A stretch of DNA of 62,184 nucleotides, filler included, from Nitrospinota bacterium (lineage in GTDB: Bacteria; JAUXIQ01), in NCBI GenBank assembly GCA_030620925.1. It is 11 parts of 11 records of this genome, joined end to end, with 100 filler letters (N's around TTAATTAATTAA, not from the genome) between each part and the next. Parts side by side here need not be neighbours in the genome. Positions count along the whole stretch, not along the records: positions 59,087 to 62,184 come from JAUXIQ010000362.1; 10 more parts are not named here. One strand, 5' to 3'. Shown one piece after another: positions 59,087-62,184 of the stretch. The translations under genes and the position numbers were made by a program. Numbering within the stretch: the stretch's first letter is position 1; each line of letters starts with the position of its first letter. The notes beneath the pieces are model-generated. The model worked only from the letters and a program-made list of their open reading frames with translations. It ran no database searches and had not been told where the DNA came from.

Positions 59087-61126
59087 GTTGCGGTCGTAGC
59101 CTCGCACAGAATCGCTGCCCCCCAGGAAAAACCGTTTATCCAGGGGCAGGCTCAACGTTTCGCCGAACACCTCCCCGTAGCTGGCTTCCACGTTTACGGT
59201 AAAGACTACGTCACCGAACAAGTTGAAATAGCTGGTGCTTCCGGCTAAGACCCTGTAATACTCAACCTGAGAGCCCAGGAACTCAGGGGCGTACTCCACA
59301 CTGAGACGAGTTAACATCCCCTTGTAGGCGTTCACCTCACGATCCCTGGAGTCGCGGGTTACGGCGGGCCGGATAATGGCCAGCCGGTTGGTATCCTCCT
59401 CTACTTTCTCTTCTTCCTCCTCCAGGACCGTGGATTGAATGTCGAAGAAGTCGGTCAGCTCCAGGGAATAGCTTATCTCAAACTCGTATATTTTCCGGAA
59501 AGACTTGCTGATGGTATATATGTTTTCGAACTTTCTCACCTTGAAGAACTCTTCGTCCGTCTCCCCGTAACGCGCCCTGGCGCTGCCCACCAGTTTTCTG
59601 CCTAACAGGTAGGGGTCGTTATATCCGAGCTCGAACTCAAGGCCCAGGCCGGAGCCTTCGATTACTCCCTCGATACTGCGGGCCATGCCCATCAGGTTGC
59701 GGTATTCCACTTTGAAGAGGCCCTTCAGGTCTTCCTCACTGCCGTAGCCGAACCCCACTTCTATGGCGCCGGATTTGGCCTCTTCGACCTCTATGACAAG
59801 GTCCATTATACCGGCGACCTCTACCCTCTTTTCGGGCTTTACCTGTATGGTGCTGAAAACGCCCGTAGCGCGAAGTTTTTTAACGGTCTCCTGCACCTCA
59901 GCCTGGCTGTAAATCGTTCCCGGCACCAGAGTTAAATTCCTGTGGATCAGTTTTTCTCTGGTCTTTTCCAGGCCTTTAACGGATATACTCCCGACGATGT
60001 ACCTGGCGCCTTCGTTCACACTGATCTCAAGATCAACGACATTCTCTTCTTCCCCCTGCGTCAAGTTAGAGGAAATCTCTACATCCAGGTATCCGTGATT
60101 ATGGTAGTATTCTCTTATCTCATGAATCCCCTTTTCGGCCTTCTGAATGCTGAACACTTCACCGTGCTCCATGTCCAGCATATCTTCCACCTTTTTGGCG
60201 GTGAGAGCTTTAAGCCCGCTTAGGATCGCCTGCCCGAAATAGAATCGTTCTCCTTCCTCGATTTCCATACCCACTGAGGCCTTTTTTTTCTTGTCGTCGA
60301 ACCTGAGGTGCGATTGGGCCGCTTCGGCTTCTATGTAGCCTTTTTTAGAATAAAAGTCCGCGATCCGGGAAGGGTCCTTCTCAAGGACGTATTCCTTGAG
60401 TATCCCCCTGCGTATCAAACCTTTCTCCTTGGTTTTCATGACCTTCTTTATACGCCGGTCGCTGAAGGCGCTGTTTCCCTCAACCTCTATCTTCTCAACC
60501 CGCAGCCTGTTCCCCTTGGTTATGTGGAAGCGGATAAACTTAACGCCCTGTTCGGCGTCAGTTTCCACTTCATGCCGGGCTTCAACGAAATAATAGCCCC
60601 TGTTTCGGTAATAGCGCTCGATTCGTCTCTCGGCCTCCTTCAACACGCTCTCGACAAAGATGCTGCGATGAGTCATCCCCGTTATCTTTTTCAACTTGCG
60701 GGAAGCAAAAAACCCCGCGCCTACAAACTCTACGCTCACCAAATGGCCGGCGTCTATATCCACCGTAAGTCTCGCTTCCTGCTCATTATCAGGCAGGAGC
60801 TGTATTTGCCCTACTTCCACCTCCAGGTAGCCGTTTTTCCTGTAGAAACGCCGTATCCGTTCTTTGACGACCTTGAGCTCCTTGGCGGAAACAGTCTTTC
60901 CCCGCTTCAAACCCATGGCCTTGGTTATGCTCCTGGTGCTGAACAACGGATTGCCTGTGATGACTATAGAGGAAATCGTGTAGGAACGGCTCTCGGCGGC
61001 CTTTTTTTCAGCGGATAGACCGATGCCGGCGATTATGAGGGAAAAGCAGAGAAACGCCGATATTGACAAAAGAGCAGGTTTTCCATGGCGTTCGTATCTC
61101 CCGTTGAACACCTGTACAAGCGTCAT
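59087..61126 (-). CDS. BamA/TamA-family outer membrane protein (3'-truncated)
   Basis: Multiple POTRA domains; RFFLGGSDSVRGY. Confidence 0.9.
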
Positions 61127-62184
61127 TTGAATTCCAGTCTGTAGACCAGGCCGACTTCTGTAGCTCCAACCTCGGTAATCATCCCTTTCAGATAAACCTT
61201 CTCGGAAAGCTTGTAAGCCAGCTCCACGTCGTAATTTTTGGTATTTTCCAAGCCCGTGGAGTAGACCACGGAAAGCGAATCGGTTACTTTCTTGCCCAAA
61301 CGTATGCTTGAGCCTGACTCTCCCTTTTCACTTATCGTTTCTATCTCAACCACGTCCAGGCCGGTAGTCTGCTTGATGCCTTTGGTCAATTTACCCTGGA
61401 ATTTGAAAGCCAAAAGTTTCAGTGCCTGGTAGGCCGATTTGTTACCCGTATCCTTACTGTTGAGGTTATCTATGGTGGTCCCCAGGGTCAGAAGCGATAT
61501 TATATCGGCCTGTTGCAGAGGAGGGTCGGAGGTAAACTGCAGGGTATACCTGCTGGTCGTACCGCTCAAAATAACGGTTATAGTATAACTATGACTTTCG
61601 GTGATGAGGGCGGTGTTAAAAGATATGTTGTCCGGCACGGGCCCCGAAAAATCTACCGCAGCATTGTCTATGCTGTAGACTTTGTCTCCGAAAAAAACAT
61701 AACCATCAGTAAAAATGATGCTGCCGTAAAGCTCCGGCTGTCGGGAACTGCCCTTGACGCTCAGCTTCCCCTCCAGCGTCGCTTCCATAAGGTTATTGGC
61801 TATCTTGGCGGGACTCTCGAGCTCCACCTTCATCTCCATGGCCAGCGGCTCTTTCACCTTCTCAGAATCTCCATTCACAATAAACCGGCTCTGCTTCACC
61901 ACCGCCTCTTTCCAGTCGATTTCCCCATAGTAAATGGCATCACTCACTACCACTTTGCCCTTGAGCAGGCTCTTTTGTTCACCGAAAAGGTAATTCAAAT
62001 CCGCTGAAACGGTAGCGTTGAACTTACCCACCCGTTCGACTACTGCATCCTTTATGGCCACTGCTACGTCGGCGGACTTTAGTGACAGCCCATCGAGCTC
62101 CAGCATCCCATTACCGGAAATATCCCCTTCTCCAAACTTGCCTTCAAAGTTTACAAGCTCCACTTTTAGCGGTGAAAAGAGAAA
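61123..62184 (-). CDS. tamB: TamB (DUF490) C-terminal part (5'-truncated)
   Basis: FTSDPPLQQADIISLL, C-terminal beta strands ending EFK; overlaps the BamA/TamA start. Confidence 0.8.
   Translation of the reverse strand, partial: FLFSPLKVELVNFEGKFGEGDISGNGMLELDGLSLKSADVAVAIKDAVVERVGKFNATVSADLNYLFGEQKSLLKGKVVVSDAIYYGEIDWKEAVVKQSRFIVNGDSEKVKEPLAMEMKVELESPAKIANNLMEATLEGKLSVKGSSRQPELYGSIIFTDGYVFFGDKVYSIDNAAVDFSGPVPDNISFNTALITESHSYTITVILSGTTSRYTLQFTSDPPLQQADIISLLTLGTTIDNLNSKDTGNKSAYQALKLLAFKFQGKLTKGIKQTTGLDVVEIETISEKGESGSSIRLGKKVTDSLSVVYSTGLENTKNYDVELAYKLSEKVYLKGMITEVGATEVGLVYRLEFK

Overview
This window is not one continuous locus. It is 11 short contigs joined by ten artificial 100-nt spacers (44 N + TTAATTAATTAA + 44 N), so gene adjacency only means something within a contig. 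Gene content suggests a diderm, probably anaerobic bacterium from a metagenome assembly (Desulfobacterota/Nitrospinota-like; taxonomy not determinable here). Housekeeping genes include rpiB-glyA-nrdR, nagA, plsY/pgsA, holA, rimI, uvrA, ddl, pfkA, nadE and TamB/BamA. Main highlights: (1) uvrA carries a 102-bp in-frame insertion of three hairpin-bearing repeats. One contains a 17-bp palindrome (TCCCGCGTGTGGCGGGA) that recurs identically inside an intergenic REP on another contig, suggesting a tiny mobile palindrome family that enters both genes and other repeats. (2) Two selenoprotein genes missed or truncated by the ORF track: a 74-aa glutaredoxin-like UXX-star protein with two UGA codons, and a UxxC thioredoxin-TPR protein. 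Each UGA has a SECIS-like hairpin downstream. (3) A prcB-prcA-pafA Pup/UBact-type proteasome cluster in an apparent non-actinobacterium. (4) A DsrH-TusA-sLpl(AB)-LipT-like sulfur/lipoate cluster. (5) GTAG-family REP clusters, an inverted-repeat-flanked GxxExxY pseudogene, and a stop-interrupted gene between two TlpA genes.
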